Position numbers and translations under genes: made by a program
The notes under the pieces: generated by a model
What the model was told of the DNA's origin: nothing
Database searches by the model: none
Seen by the model: only the letters and a program-made list of their open reading frames with translations
Assembly (NCBI RefSeq): GCF_048403405.1
Contig: NZ_CP183129.1
From: Escherichia coli
GTDB taxonomy: Bacteria; Pseudomonadota; Gammaproteobacteria; Enterobacterales; Enterobacteriaceae
Strand: one strand, 5' to 3'
Length of the DNA stretch: 64,000 nt
Part shown: one piece after another, positions 16,092 to 26,146 of the stretch
Position numbering within the stretch: the stretch's first letter is position 1
Layout of the letters: each line of letters begins with the position of its first letter

Positions 16092-18167
16092 TTAATTCAC
16101 ACCCAGCGCCTTATAAACCGCATCAACCGGGTCTGAGTAAAAACTCACCTGAAACTTGGTAAATAACTCTGCCGGAACCGTTGGAATATCCATAGCCGAG
16201 GACATCGGCAACAGAACCCGTTTTGCGCCGCTGTCGAAGGCGAGCTGTAAACTGGCGGCAAGATCCTGCACCGGGTTAATTACTCCACCAAGGGTCATAC
16301 TGCCCAACACCACCATCTGTTCCTGCACCGGCTTTGCCAGCAATATCGAACATAAAGCGATAAGCGCAGCAAGACTGGTTGCGGTGCTAGGGCCAGTATT
16401 ATGCAGTTCAACGACATGAAGGTGATATTCATGATCAGAGAATTTCGCTGCCGCGCTTACCCGATTCAAATTGCCTTTGAAGTAATCGAAACCGACGCGG
16501 ATAGCTTCTTTCGCGGAGGTATTTGAACCCAGGCCCGATACACTATGCTTACCATTACCGGCAGTCATCTGCGTTTCAAAACGATACAGCCCGGTCATAC
16601 CGCTTTCTGCCTGAGTGACCAAATGCACAACGCCCGGCTTTGGCATTCCGGCAGGAATTAGTTCGCTGCCGCCCTGTTCCGGTACGCTTACAAAAAACTC
16701 TTCCAGCGTTTCGTTATCGATGTAGCTAAAGTTCACATCGAAGAACTCCAGGCCGCCCAGTTTTTTAAGTTGCTCTTTCACTCGACGACGAACTTCCATC
16801 GCATAGGTCAGGCAGACTCGTACATCTTCTTTGCTGTACGCGCCATCGGGATGCATGAGTTTTAACAACCCCGACACTGTACGTCGAACAGCAATCACGT
16901 CACGCTGATTGAGGTTATTTCCCAGCTTGAAGAATTTATCAATTGCATCGGAGAAGCTACGTTTACGCATCTCGCGCATGTATTCAGCGAGATAATCCGT
17001 AATCAAACCATAGCGATTGGTGAAAAATTCCGGGCGCATCTTAGGAATTTCCCAACCAGGAATATAGGCATGGAAGCGGTCAAAAAATGCAGTATCAATC
17101 ATCGCATCCGGGAACGGTGCTAGCAGATGGCTGGTTTTGACCAGTGTATCTACGCTCTGATTGATGTTGCCAACAAACACCATGGAGGCTTTGCCTTCAA
17201 TGGAGTCCCGACCACGAGAGAATGAGCCTGATGCCATGTAATCCTTCATGATCTGCACGCCATCTTTGTCTTTGAAGGTGATCCCTGCCACTTCATCAAA
17301 CGCGACGACGTCCCACATTCCCACAAGACCAATCTGCCGGCTGGCCATGTTGTAAAACAAGTTCGCCACCGTGGTTTGCCCGCCAGATACCAGCAGGGAG
17401 TTAGGAGAGCACTCTTTATAAACATGACTCTTACCTGTACCACGTGGACCAAGCTCGCAGACGTTATAGTTGTTTTCCACAAAGGGAATCATGCGAGTAA
17501 TCAGATGCCACTTGGTACGCTGCTCAATATTTGCAGGTTCCATCCCGACCGAACGTAACAGCACATCAATCCACTGGTCGCGATCAAACTGCTTGCGGGC
17601 TTCAAATACCTCGTCCATATCCATATTTGGCATCTGGATCGGCTTCAGTGTGAACAGCGAGAAAGGAGACGTTTTTTGCCCCTCTTCATAAAAGTAGTTC
17701 ACGGTGATCATGCACCAGATGCCACCAGTCAGCAGTTTCTCGTTGTCTTTCACCATCTGCGACGGCACCAGGGCATCTTTAATGCCAAGGTTAGAGAGCT
17801 GGGCTTCGTAAACGTCTTTCTTCTGATTTAGCTTTACCGTGACCTTATCGATAATCTTGTAAGAACCACGCTCGCGAATTAGTGATTTCACTTTTTCTGC
17901 TTCATCCGGGCGGACGTAGTTATCAGAAAGAATACGCTTAACCGACTGTAGCCCCTGCTCGACAACCTCATCGTCATCGGAGGCACAGTACATACCGAGT
18001 AGATATTCCAGTACGTAAACCGGAACATTCGCCCCTTCTTTAAGTTGCTTAGTCAGATCCTTACGCACCACGCGACCGCGAAAGTGCTGATTCAACAATG
18101 AATCCAGGTCCTGAGCCAACACAGAGGCCGTTTCCATGTTACTGGCTGAGTTATCCTGCTGTTGCAT
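16092..18167 (-). CDS. brxL: BREX protein BrxL (Lon-like protease/AAA+ domain)
   Basis: 691 aa. Walker A GPRGTGKSH and a C-terminal Lon-protease-like region. It is the last gene of the canonical type 1 BREX order. Confidence 0.9.
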   Translation of the reverse strand: MQQQDNSASNMETASVLAQDLDSLLNQHFRGRVVRKDLTKQLKEGANVPVYVLEYLLGMYCASDDDEVVEQGLQSVKRILSDNYVRPDEAEKVKSLIRERGSYKIIDKVTVKLNQKKDVYEAQLSNLGIKDALVPSQMVKDNEKLLTGGIWCMITVNYFYEEGQKTSPFSLFTLKPIQMPNMDMDEVFEARKQFDRDQWIDVLLRSVGMEPANIEQRTKWHLITRMIPFVENNYNVCELGPRGTGKSHVYKECSPNSLLVSGGQTTVANLFYNMASRQIGLVGMWDVVAFDEVAGITFKDKDGVQIMKDYMASGSFSRGRDSIEGKASMVFVGNINQSVDTLVKTSHLLAPFPDAMIDTAFFDRFHAYIPGWEIPKMRPEFFTNRYGLITDYLAEYMREMRKRSFSDAIDKFFKLGNNLNQRDVIAVRRTVSGLLKLMHPDGAYSKEDVRVCLTYAMEVRRRVKEQLKKLGGLEFFDVNFSYIDNETLEEFFVSVPEQGGSELIPAGMPKPGVVHLVTQAESGMTGLYRFETQMTAGNGKHSVSGLGSNTSAKEAIRVGFDYFKGNLNRVSAAAKFSDHEYHLHVVELHNTGPSTATSLAALIALCSILLAKPVQEQMVVLGSMTLGGVINPVQDLAASLQLAFDSGAKRVLLPMSSAMDIPTVPAELFTKFQVSFYSDPVDAVYKALGVN

Positions 18168-18177
18168 AACGCCTCAC

Positions 18178-20775
18178 TTAAAAGAAGTCATCCTGAAATG
18201 CCAGGTCGATCGTGATCGGGTAGCGACCATACTCTGTTGCGCTGTCCGCATTCTCCAGGATAAGAACATACTTGTTTTTACGATTGAATGCCGTCCCCAT
18301 GAGTTTCATGGTTACATCGCGGGTGCGTTTACCCATATCTTCGTTATCACTGTCGAAGCATACTGTTTCCGTGCCGGAGACGACCTGGTTGTTTTCATCG
18401 ACGATAAAGATATTCAGCGTGCGCGGCTCATTTAAATCATTCACTGCCGAAGTCTGAATAAAACCAATTTTATCAATGCTGTTAACCAGTTTGATCACCT
18501 GATCCCGCGCAACGACGGGCACGGGCTGCCGCTGGGGTTGCTTCTCAGCCGCTTTCTTTTCAAGCGCGCGAATCTTCAACACAGGAACACACACTTCCTG
18601 CAGCATGGCTCCGCCATGAACGAAACGAGCACCCCCTACGAAGTGGAAACGCTGTACTCCTTTGGGTAACAGGAATTCACTTTCATCGCTTGCGCCTGCA
18701 GTATCAGCCAGTTTGCCGTGCCAGCAAAATTCACTTTCAGGCAGTTGATGGCCTACAATAAAACGCTTATTCGCTTCAATCGTGTCTTTGGCTTTACTTT
18801 CCAGCTTCGTTTTATCCTGCTCCACCAGCGCTTGTTGTTGGAACAGGAAGCCGTGATCGGCGGTAACAAAAATTCGGCTGGCATTAAATCGGCTACGCAG
18901 GCGTGAAACCAGATCTTTTAGCTCAGTGATTGCACTTCGGCAGGCCTCAAACGTTTTATCTTCCGTTGCAGCCTTATCACCCATGGCATCTATAGTGTCG
19001 TGCCAGATATAAACTACGGAAGCGTTGCGGATTTGCTCGTTCACTTCCTGGTTATTGGCGTTCTGCAAGTCCTTTGCTTTCAGCGCTACACCATTCACCT
19101 TCGCAAGAATAGCGGCTCTTTTTTCAAACCCGGAAGTGGACATCCCATCGGCGTATACTACACCAGAATTATCAGGAAGATAGCTCAACGACTCATGAGG
19201 CAACAGTGCGGCCATGCCCAGTTGGGTATAGCTTGGGAGCACTCCGGTCTGGGAGCGCAGCTCTGCACTGAAGTGCTTCTCATAGTTGATATGCCTGCCC
19301 AGCTCTTCCGCCACTTCGTAGCGCAATGCATCCGAGATCACGACAAAAACACGTTTGACCTGCGAGGTGTCAAACTGACGTTTAACATTCTCTTTATAGA
19401 AATTGCGCTGCAGGGGTATGCCGCTAAACTGCCAGGCCTGCATACGGTTTTCCGCTTCCAGCAGTTTGTTCCAGCCGCGACTTAGTTCAGTCAGATACCA
19501 ATTGCTGTATAACTCTTCGATGAATTTATCCAGTTCATGCAGGATCATCGCCCCTTTGCTGTGCACTGGTGCAGCATATTCATTGAACAAACGATAGGTC
19601 TGATCGAAGCGATAAATTTCGTCACAATAGGCCTTCCAGAACGCACCTGTATCGGGGAAATTAAACCCGTCGGTGTAACGGTTACGCAAATTCAGCAAGC
19701 GTTCTGCCTGACGAATAGCATTCCAGATAGAAAGATACTCTGGGCGGGTTTGGCTCCAGTATTTCGCACTGCGCTCTGAAACCAACGCTTTAAACGCATC
19801 TCTGTCCAGAGTGGTGCTCTCTTCCTGCAACTGTGTCACCAGACCACGGATAATAAGTTGCTCAATAGCCTCGAAGGTTTCACATTTTGCCAGTGTATAT
19901 GGTGAGCTGTAGTTGTAGTGTTCTTTTGGCTGGAGCGTCTGCTGCAAATCCTCTGCACAGTAATCGTATTCTACTTTATAGCGACGATCGTTGCGCCACG
20001 CCCCCATAAAGGCCAGTGACGAGGCCCGACCAGCCGCGGTAGCCAGCACATTTTTACTCAACCAGTCACGATGTGCTTCATCACCCTGCGCCCAGAGATC
20101 GGTACAGAACAGTTTCAGAAGCAGATTTTCCATTGAAGGAGATTCAGACTGGTATCCCAACTCAAGGCGAAGAATTTCCCAAAGTACCTCATCCAGGCCA
20201 AGCTTCGTCAGTACGGCGAAAGTGTTCTCGAGTGCGCTATCATCTTGCTGCCGTGCTGCGACAAACTGCTGAACCAAAGCAAATAGTATTTCTTTGGTTT
20301 CGAAGGTACTGGCCCCGACCACCACCGCCAGCATTTTCTTATCGAGAGAGTTTTCCGTTTCGCGCTCGGTGACCCATCCCTTCAGGATCTGAGTTCGCTT
20401 AACGGTAAAGAAGGCTTTGCGAAGCTGAATATGTTCGCGTAAACCGAGTTGCGGGATACCCAGAGAATTCAGGGTGATCGCCGCATAATCAGCGTGGAAT
20501 TCGGTACTATAGAGGCGGATATCCAGCAACCAGTCCTGCTCGCGAGCAGGAACCTCACAGGTGAAATAGAGTAAAAATTTCTGCTCAGGCTCGTCGATTT
20601 CGAGTCGTTTTTTTGTTGCGAGCACAGAAACGCCACGCATATCCAGCAGCGTGACATTGTCGAGATCCAGCTCATTAATTGAATCAGTGAAGCGTTGTTC
20701 CGGGTCGTGCCAGAAGACGATACGGTTGTCGGTAAACTTCTGACGAAGCCCTGATTCCAGTTCTTTAAATTGCAT
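18178..20775 (-). CDS. pglZ: BREX protein PglZ (alkaline-phosphatase-superfamily)
   Basis: 865 aa. The N-terminus (FTDNRIVFWHDPEQRF) and the central PglZ-type region (VVISDALRYE...TADHGF) are visible. It sits between the embedded pair and brxL. Confidence 0.9.
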   Translation of the reverse strand: MQFKELESGLRQKFTDNRIVFWHDPEQRFTDSINELDLDNVTLLDMRGVSVLATKKRLEIDEPEQKFLLYFTCEVPAREQDWLLDIRLYSTEFHADYAAITLNSLGIPQLGLREHIQLRKAFFTVKRTQILKGWVTERETENSLDKKMLAVVVGASTFETKEILFALVQQFVAARQQDDSALENTFAVLTKLGLDEVLWEILRLELGYQSESPSMENLLLKLFCTDLWAQGDEAHRDWLSKNVLATAAGRASSLAFMGAWRNDRRYKVEYDYCAEDLQQTLQPKEHYNYSSPYTLAKCETFEAIEQLIIRGLVTQLQEESTTLDRDAFKALVSERSAKYWSQTRPEYLSIWNAIRQAERLLNLRNRYTDGFNFPDTGAFWKAYCDEIYRFDQTYRLFNEYAAPVHSKGAMILHELDKFIEELYSNWYLTELSRGWNKLLEAENRMQAWQFSGIPLQRNFYKENVKRQFDTSQVKRVFVVISDALRYEVAEELGRHINYEKHFSAELRSQTGVLPSYTQLGMAALLPHESLSYLPDNSGVVYADGMSTSGFEKRAAILAKVNGVALKAKDLQNANNQEVNEQIRNASVVYIWHDTIDAMGDKAATEDKTFEACRSAITELKDLVSRLRSRFNASRIFVTADHGFLFQQQALVEQDKTKLESKAKDTIEANKRFIVGHQLPESEFCWHGKLADTAGASDESEFLLPKGVQRFHFVGGARFVHGGAMLQEVCVPVLKIRALEKKAAEKQPQRQPVPVVARDQVIKLVNSIDKIGFIQTSAVNDLNEPRTLNIFIVDENNQVVSGTETVCFDSDNEDMGKRTRDVTMKLMGTAFNRKNKYVLILENADSATEYGRYPITIDLAFQDDFF

Positions 20776-21344
20776 TATTGATTCTCAAACCATTCGACCA
20801 GTTCATGAGCGCTAGGGCAAGCAGGGTGTCTGGCAGAACTCTGAATATCAAAACCGTGATGCGTTACCATTCTCCTGGCAAATGCGGTTTTAGAACTTCC
20901 CGGTCCCTGTTTTCCTAGCTCGCGTGAAATTACTTTTAAACGATCCCATGGCATTTCAGTTGTAGCTTCAGGTAACTCTTCATTAAATGTGTCTACTTTA
21001 AGCCATTTTTTCATTGCCTCTGAATCGGCAAGAAACCAAGCCTCAACTGCTTTGACTGCGATAAACGAGATGTCGACATCTTGATGGGCAATTCGGGCCC
21101 GTACATCAGCAACAGATGCCGCATCTTCCAGGTCGGTCAGAATACAGATCCGTTCAGCACCTACATTTCTGAGCCTAGCAACGAAATTATCAACATACTT
21201 CGGTAACAGGTTACCACCACCTTTGGCATCAATAACGGGAGTTACCAATTCAAAATTATTCGTGCGCAGAAATGCAATGAACGCTGGTGAATTCACGATG
21301 ATTGACTCAGTATCACCTTCAACGATAAAACCTATTTTTACCAT
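20775..21344 (-). CDS. Small TOPRIM-like protein (DUF4276/DUF4435/RloB class), partner of the upstream ATPase
   Basis: 189 aa. Candidate TOPRIM residues are visible: IGFIVEGDTE (conserved Glu) and ICILTDLED (DxD-like). The start overlaps the ATPase stop (ATGGTAA) and the stop overlaps the pglZ start (TAATG). Confidence 0.6.
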   Translation of the reverse strand: MVKIGFIVEGDTESIIVNSPAFIAFLRTNNFELVTPVIDAKGGGNLLPKYVDNFVARLRNVGAERICILTDLEDAASVADVRARIAHQDVDISFIAVKAVEAWFLADSEAMKKWLKVDTFNEELPEATTEMPWDRLKVISRELGKQGPGSSKTAFARRMVTHHGFDIQSSARHPACPSAHELVEWFENQ

Positions 21345-22459
21345 GGCAAACCGCCATCAAACATATTCATCAGCCACGCGGTATCCAGTGGGATTTCCTT
21401 TTTATCAACCCCCGCATCTGAAGCATGCATCAGCTGAGTTTTCCCCTCTTTTTTACTAACAAACCACAGTTCGTCTGGTTCCAGATTGCGAACAATAGAT
21501 TCACTATGGGTAGTAATAACAATTGGATGATTCAAAGAGGCATTTTCACGCATCAATTGCACAAGTTCCCCAATGGCTTTTGGGTGAATACCGCGTTCAG
21601 GCTCTTCAATAATGGTCATCCCCGTTTGCTGTGCTCGACTCAAGATGGCCGTCATAATACAAAGCGTGAAGATGGTGCCGTCAGAGATAAGATGGGCAGG
21701 AAAGCGGGCACGAGTTCCCTGTTCTTTAAAGGTCAATACCGTTGAGCCATCCAATTTTTGTTTCTCGGTCGATACATTTTCCATCCCCGGAACGATGAGT
21801 TCCATCCACTCCAGTATTTGCTCTTTAAATTCGCTATTCGATTCGAGAGCAGCAAGCACAGAAGCAATGTTTCGACCATGACTGTCCAGAAATGTCGAGT
21901 CAGTTTTGGCGCTATCGGGCTCTTTAGCACGTAACGGATCGATGCGAAAAACAACAATATTGGTCAAAAAAGCGTACAGTTCACTTTTCCCCAGTAGCAT
22001 TAGTGCCGTCATATCTGACGAGTAGTTAGGGATTAAAGTCGCAGGGATTTCATCACTATCGCTCAGGCGAATCATAAGAGTATCAGGGTGCTTACGATCA
22101 ATATAAATATCTCCATCAATGACCAACTTTTCAGTGATTGTTGGTTTTTTATCCATGTTTTTGATCGTCAAGTCATAGGTAAACTGTTTTCCTCCCAGCT
22201 CAATTTGAAGGTGCAGTGAAGCCGTAGTCCGATTTTCCTTACGCAGCTTGTAGCAATGAATCTGCTGAAAACCGCCAAAATCACGGATTGCTTGTGTCGC
22301 CCCGGTTTTCACTACGGCACCAAAAAAAGCCAATGCATCGGTAATGTTACTTTTGCCCGCACCATTGGCTCCAGCAAAGGTGATAAATGGTGGGCTTTCC
22401 ACAAGGGAAAGCTCCGCGATGCTCTTGTAGCCTTTAATAATCAGGGGATGTTGATCCAT
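21338..22459 (-). CDS. ABC-type (AAA_15/AAA_21-like, OLD/RloA/AriA-class) ATPase
   Basis: 373 aa. Walker A GANGAGKSN, an SDG signature-like motif, Walker B MTIIEEPERGIHP and His-loop VITTHS. The start overlaps the pglX stop (TAATG). Confidence 0.8.
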   Translation of the reverse strand: MDQHPLIIKGYKSIAELSLVESPPFITFAGANGAGKSNITDALAFFGAVVKTGATQAIRDFGGFQQIHCYKLRKENRTTASLHLQIELGGKQFTYDLTIKNMDKKPTITEKLVIDGDIYIDRKHPDTLMIRLSDSDEIPATLIPNYSSDMTALMLLGKSELYAFLTNIVVFRIDPLRAKEPDSAKTDSTFLDSHGRNIASVLAALESNSEFKEQILEWMELIVPGMENVSTEKQKLDGSTVLTFKEQGTRARFPAHLISDGTIFTLCIMTAILSRAQQTGMTIIEEPERGIHPKAIGELVQLMRENASLNHPIVITTHSESIVRNLEPDELWFVSKKEGKTQLMHASDAGVDKKEIPLDTAWLMNMFDGGLPW

Positions 22460-25400
22460 TATGCCTCCTGTGGCGCACTGCCGGTGATCGCCTTGACATC
22501 CGCCAGCAGATCGCCAAATTTGCCGTAGTTAACCTTAACGCCGTCATCCAGATCAATAGTGATACGTCTATCAGCATAGTGACGCAAGCGATCGTCAAAA
22601 TTGCGCAGCTCGTTGAATTTTTTAGTCAACCCATCCAGCTCTTTTTTCAGGCGTGTGGTGGCAGCGCCCGATTCTGCATTTTTAAGCTGATCGTTAACAA
22701 GATCGATATTTCCCTGGTAGCGTGCCAGCAGCGGAACTACATATTCGGTACGCATACGTGACAATGTGCCTTCATTATAACGGTGCAGATACACCAGGCA
22801 CTCAAACGCCTTCTCTTTACCTGAGCTGAATAGCCAGTAAATTGGGCGCTTCTTGTACATCTTCATATGATCTTTCCAGAACTGGGTGGAAAGATAGCGA
22901 CGGATGGTATCCAGCGAAGACTCGCCTTTTTTCGGCTTGATTGCGTACAAGCAGAGGCTTTCGGCGATGAAATCGAGGTTTTCTTGTAAATGTTCTTCGC
23001 CCCAGACTGTGCGAACGAACTCTTTAACGCGGGAGGTAACATCGTCATCGAACCAGTCAGAATCCATTAATGGCAGGATACCATCTTCATCGGCAGGGAA
23101 GGTTTGGTAGGCGCCTTCATCTACTAATTCAGAAAAGCCTTTGTTACCTTCGTGGGCGTAGACCAAGCCTTCGCGATCAAGGGAATAGCGGCCCATCATG
23201 CAGCCAATAGCCAGGCTAAGTGAGTTTATAACCTGAATCGCCTTAAATTGGTTATATTCATCTTTTGAAATTGAGCTTAATGACTGGAAAACATTATTTT
23301 CCAATGTTATTTCTGCCAAGGCAAGATTGTTTTCGTTTAAAATATTGCATTTTTCATAAAATATTTTGTTATTATCACATTCTAGCTCATGTGTTTTGAT
23401 TAACTTTTGATAAAAAACTTCAGTCTGGTTTTTTAATATGTTTACTAGGCTGCCGTTTTGAAACGCATCCTGATTGAAGGAAAACTGATAACTATTTTCC
23501 TGCTGACTCCAATTTTCTTTAGCCAGAGAAATTAGTTCAGCAGTGTTCAAGGATAGGCTCTCAATCATTTTCTCATCAAAAAATGCTGGTAATTTACTTA
23601 TATCCCCCGGTTGATAATTTAATGTTGGAGAGATAGCCTTTATTAAAGAGATAATAATATCACTATTAATAAATGCTAACACAGGCAGGTAAAGGTCTTC
23701 ATTATTAACAAATAACGAAGACCCTGCATTGTCAAATAATGAGGACTCTGAGACTCTTGCAGATGTCTTGCTTGAGGAAAGAGCGTTCCATGTAATCCCT
23801 TTTTTAAATATAAAATCTAAATTATAGTTATGCGAACGTACCTTTCCTGATTTTTCATCGGTAAAATTTTGAATTTCCCGACCATCGTCGAACCAATTTA
23901 CGACATAATCAAGATTACCGTACCACTTTCTATATTCACCACCTTTCTGATAAGGGAACCATTTCAGACCGGATTTTTTAGCTTGAATACGATCAGTAAA
24001 ATCAAAACCGATATTCGCGAAATTAACTTCATGCCAAAAACGTAAAAAACGCTCATTATCCGCTGTTGCCATTCCAAGGCGTGTTGAGGCAATTTGAGAT
24101 ATTTTTTTATTATCAAATAAATTAACCTCACTTTCGCTGAGCCAATACGCAATCGGTGCACCGGGGATTTTTTGGAAGTCATCGGCAGCGGCAGTCTTTA
24201 AACGATCGTTTTTAACCGGAAATTCTTTTGGATATCCTTCATCATTGATATCGTCATTCTCAGTATAAGAGAATGCCCCTTGATAAGAAGGAATGTGAAC
24301 ATTTCTAAACACTGTTGCATTGGTACCAAAGGCAATTTTCATAACGCCATTGCCCATATGTACCATCGTCTCAATAGTGTATTTATCCAATATATTCGCA
24401 CGCATATTTTCATAGCTAGACAAAAACATCCATGATTGCATAGTCACCATTGAGTTGTACGCAGCATCTTTGAGCCAGGAAAAACCCCGCTCAATAAACA
24501 TCGCAAACAAATCTGACTTACTGTCCGGGAATTGTTTCTTAGCGAACTCTTTCAGTTCACCGTTCATCCCTTTCCCACCCATATACGGCGGGTTCGCCAC
24601 AACCGCATCGTAACGCTGCGCCAAAATCCACGCCTGCTGAATATACGGAATCAGCTCTGCTGCCGCTTCTTTCTGCGGGATATCACCCTCGACAGCCAGA
24701 CGATATAGTCCACCCAGGAATGTCTTCAGCGCCGTTTCATCTTCCTGCGGCACCTGAATCAGTGATCCCAGCGTTTTTGCACTAGTGAACAAAGCCAGAG
24801 TACGCATCAGTAGCTTATATTCCGCGCTGTCGGTATTGGCCAGTGACGTCCCTTGGGTAAACATATCTCCCATGCTGCCGCGTTGCGCCTGCTGATGAAA
24901 GTTCAGCTTGGTCCACAGTTCAGCGATATCCAGTTTACTTTCCTGCAGCGAAACGATATTCAGGCGAACGCCACGGCCCAGAATACGACGATCGTCCTGA
25001 CGGGCAAGCATCAGCATCGCAAAACCGGAAAGCTGCGCCGCACGGTCATCAATATCTAGGCCGAAAATATTGTTTTCCAGAATCAGCTGCGGAATGTCAC
25101 GGGTACGGTAGCCACGCTCTTCGTAAATGGCCTTCAGCACGTTATAGGCTTCGGTCAGGATATGCCCGGAGCCGCAGGCCGGGTCCAGCACCTTAATACT
25201 TTCTGGTTCAATGCTTGATGGGGTAATAGCCGCCAGCTGTGCCTGCACTTCCGGCGTTTGTTCCGCTGGCTCAATGTAGTACGGCATTTTGCCTTTCAGG
25301 CTGGAGTCCGGATAGGTTTGCAGCCACTGGCGGCCCACCGAGTTCTGCACCAGATACTGCACAATCCAGTTCGGAGTAAACAGCTGGGTAGCGGCAGGAA

Positions 25401-26112
25401 TATCTTCGCTCTTCACCACCTTGCCGATCACATCATCTTTTTTCTCGGAAATATAAAACTGATACAACCAGCCGATCACTTCGACCTGTTTCCAGTCTTC
25501 TTCAGGAATCGTGTCCACCAGCCCGCGCAGAATAGAGTCGGTGCGAGTCAGGTTATCCGGCAATACCAGTTCGATATCATCATTGACTGCTTCGAACAGG
25601 AAAGGCATAGCGCCGTGCAGCGCATGGCACTGTGCAAGCAATAGTTCACGGTACAGCTCTTCGTCACGATCGCCCGCCAGCTTCATCTCCACCAGGCGTG
25701 ATTTGTCCAGCCCAAGTGCATCAGCCACTTCCGGCACATGATCCAGAACCTCAAAACTCCCTTCCAGGGTCGGGTGAGACAGCATACGGAAACCGTGATC
25801 AAGATAGCCATGCAGCTCCATATAGCGAATAGCGCAAAAGCGGTTAAACCAGGTGTAAGCGATGTGCTCCACCAGCACGTCATAGCCCTGCTTTTCTGCA
25901 CGCTTGACCAGACGTTCACGGCGTGAAGCCAGTGATTTATCCAGCGAGAACTGACCATATCGCACACTGTCGCCAAGATCGGTTGCTTGCGCTATTTGCA
26001 GGTTGCCTTTTTTATCGGCGTCAATACCCAGCGTGGTCAGTTTTTGCATGACCGCATCGCGGAACTGTTTACGTGCCACCGGGGCGTATTTTTTGATATT
26101 TGACGTATTCAT
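22459..26112 (-). CDS. pglX: BREX N6-adenine DNA methyltransferase PglX
   Basis: 1217 aa. SAM-binding VLDPACGSGHIL and catalytic VVANPPYMG motifs are visible. Canonical position after brxC. Confidence 0.9.
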   Translation of the reverse strand: MNTSNIKKYAPVARKQFRDAVMQKLTTLGIDADKKGNLQIAQATDLGDSVRYGQFSLDKSLASRRERLVKRAEKQGYDVLVEHIAYTWFNRFCAIRYMELHGYLDHGFRMLSHPTLEGSFEVLDHVPEVADALGLDKSRLVEMKLAGDRDEELYRELLLAQCHALHGAMPFLFEAVNDDIELVLPDNLTRTDSILRGLVDTIPEEDWKQVEVIGWLYQFYISEKKDDVIGKVVKSEDIPAATQLFTPNWIVQYLVQNSVGRQWLQTYPDSSLKGKMPYYIEPAEQTPEVQAQLAAITPSSIEPESIKVLDPACGSGHILTEAYNVLKAIYEERGYRTRDIPQLILENNIFGLDIDDRAAQLSGFAMLMLARQDDRRILGRGVRLNIVSLQESKLDIAELWTKLNFHQQAQRGSMGDMFTQGTSLANTDSAEYKLLMRTLALFTSAKTLGSLIQVPQEDETALKTFLGGLYRLAVEGDIPQKEAAAELIPYIQQAWILAQRYDAVVANPPYMGGKGMNGELKEFAKKQFPDSKSDLFAMFIERGFSWLKDAAYNSMVTMQSWMFLSSYENMRANILDKYTIETMVHMGNGVMKIAFGTNATVFRNVHIPSYQGAFSYTENDDINDEGYPKEFPVKNDRLKTAAADDFQKIPGAPIAYWLSESEVNLFDNKKISQIASTRLGMATADNERFLRFWHEVNFANIGFDFTDRIQAKKSGLKWFPYQKGGEYRKWYGNLDYVVNWFDDGREIQNFTDEKSGKVRSHNYNLDFIFKKGITWNALSSSKTSARVSESSLFDNAGSSLFVNNEDLYLPVLAFINSDIIISLIKAISPTLNYQPGDISKLPAFFDEKMIESLSLNTAELISLAKENWSQQENSYQFSFNQDAFQNGSLVNILKNQTEVFYQKLIKTHELECDNNKIFYEKCNILNENNLALAEITLENNVFQSLSSISKDEYNQFKAIQVINSLSLAIGCMMGRYSLDREGLVYAHEGNKGFSELVDEGAYQTFPADEDGILPLMDSDWFDDDVTSRVKEFVRTVWGEEHLQENLDFIAESLCLYAIKPKKGESSLDTIRRYLSTQFWKDHMKMYKKRPIYWLFSSGKEKAFECLVYLHRYNEGTLSRMRTEYVVPLLARYQGNIDLVNDQLKNAESGAATTRLKKELDGLTKKFNELRNFDDRLRHYADRRITIDLDDGVKVNYGKFGDLLADVKAITGSAPQEA

Positions 26113-26127
26113 ATGAAGTCCTGAAAA

Positions 26128-26146
26128 GGGCAGACAATGTCTGCCC
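26128..26146 (-). promoter_or_regulatory. Stem-loop in the 48-nt brxC-pglX spacer
   Basis: gggcagac-aat-gtctgccc (8-bp stem). On the mRNA strand it is followed by UUUUCAGG and then the pglX start region. It could be a weak attenuator or an RNA-stability/processing element. Confidence 0.35.

Noticed and set aside
20775-22459. Calling the BREX-embedded pair a canonical PARIS (AriA/AriB) system
   Set aside because: The architecture fits. However, both proteins (373 and 189 aa) look smaller than the E. coli PARIS proteins as I remember them, and I cannot distinguish DUF4276, DUF4435 and RloB by eye. I therefore kept the calls generic (ABC ATPase plus TOPRIM-like protein) and listed the profile searches needed.
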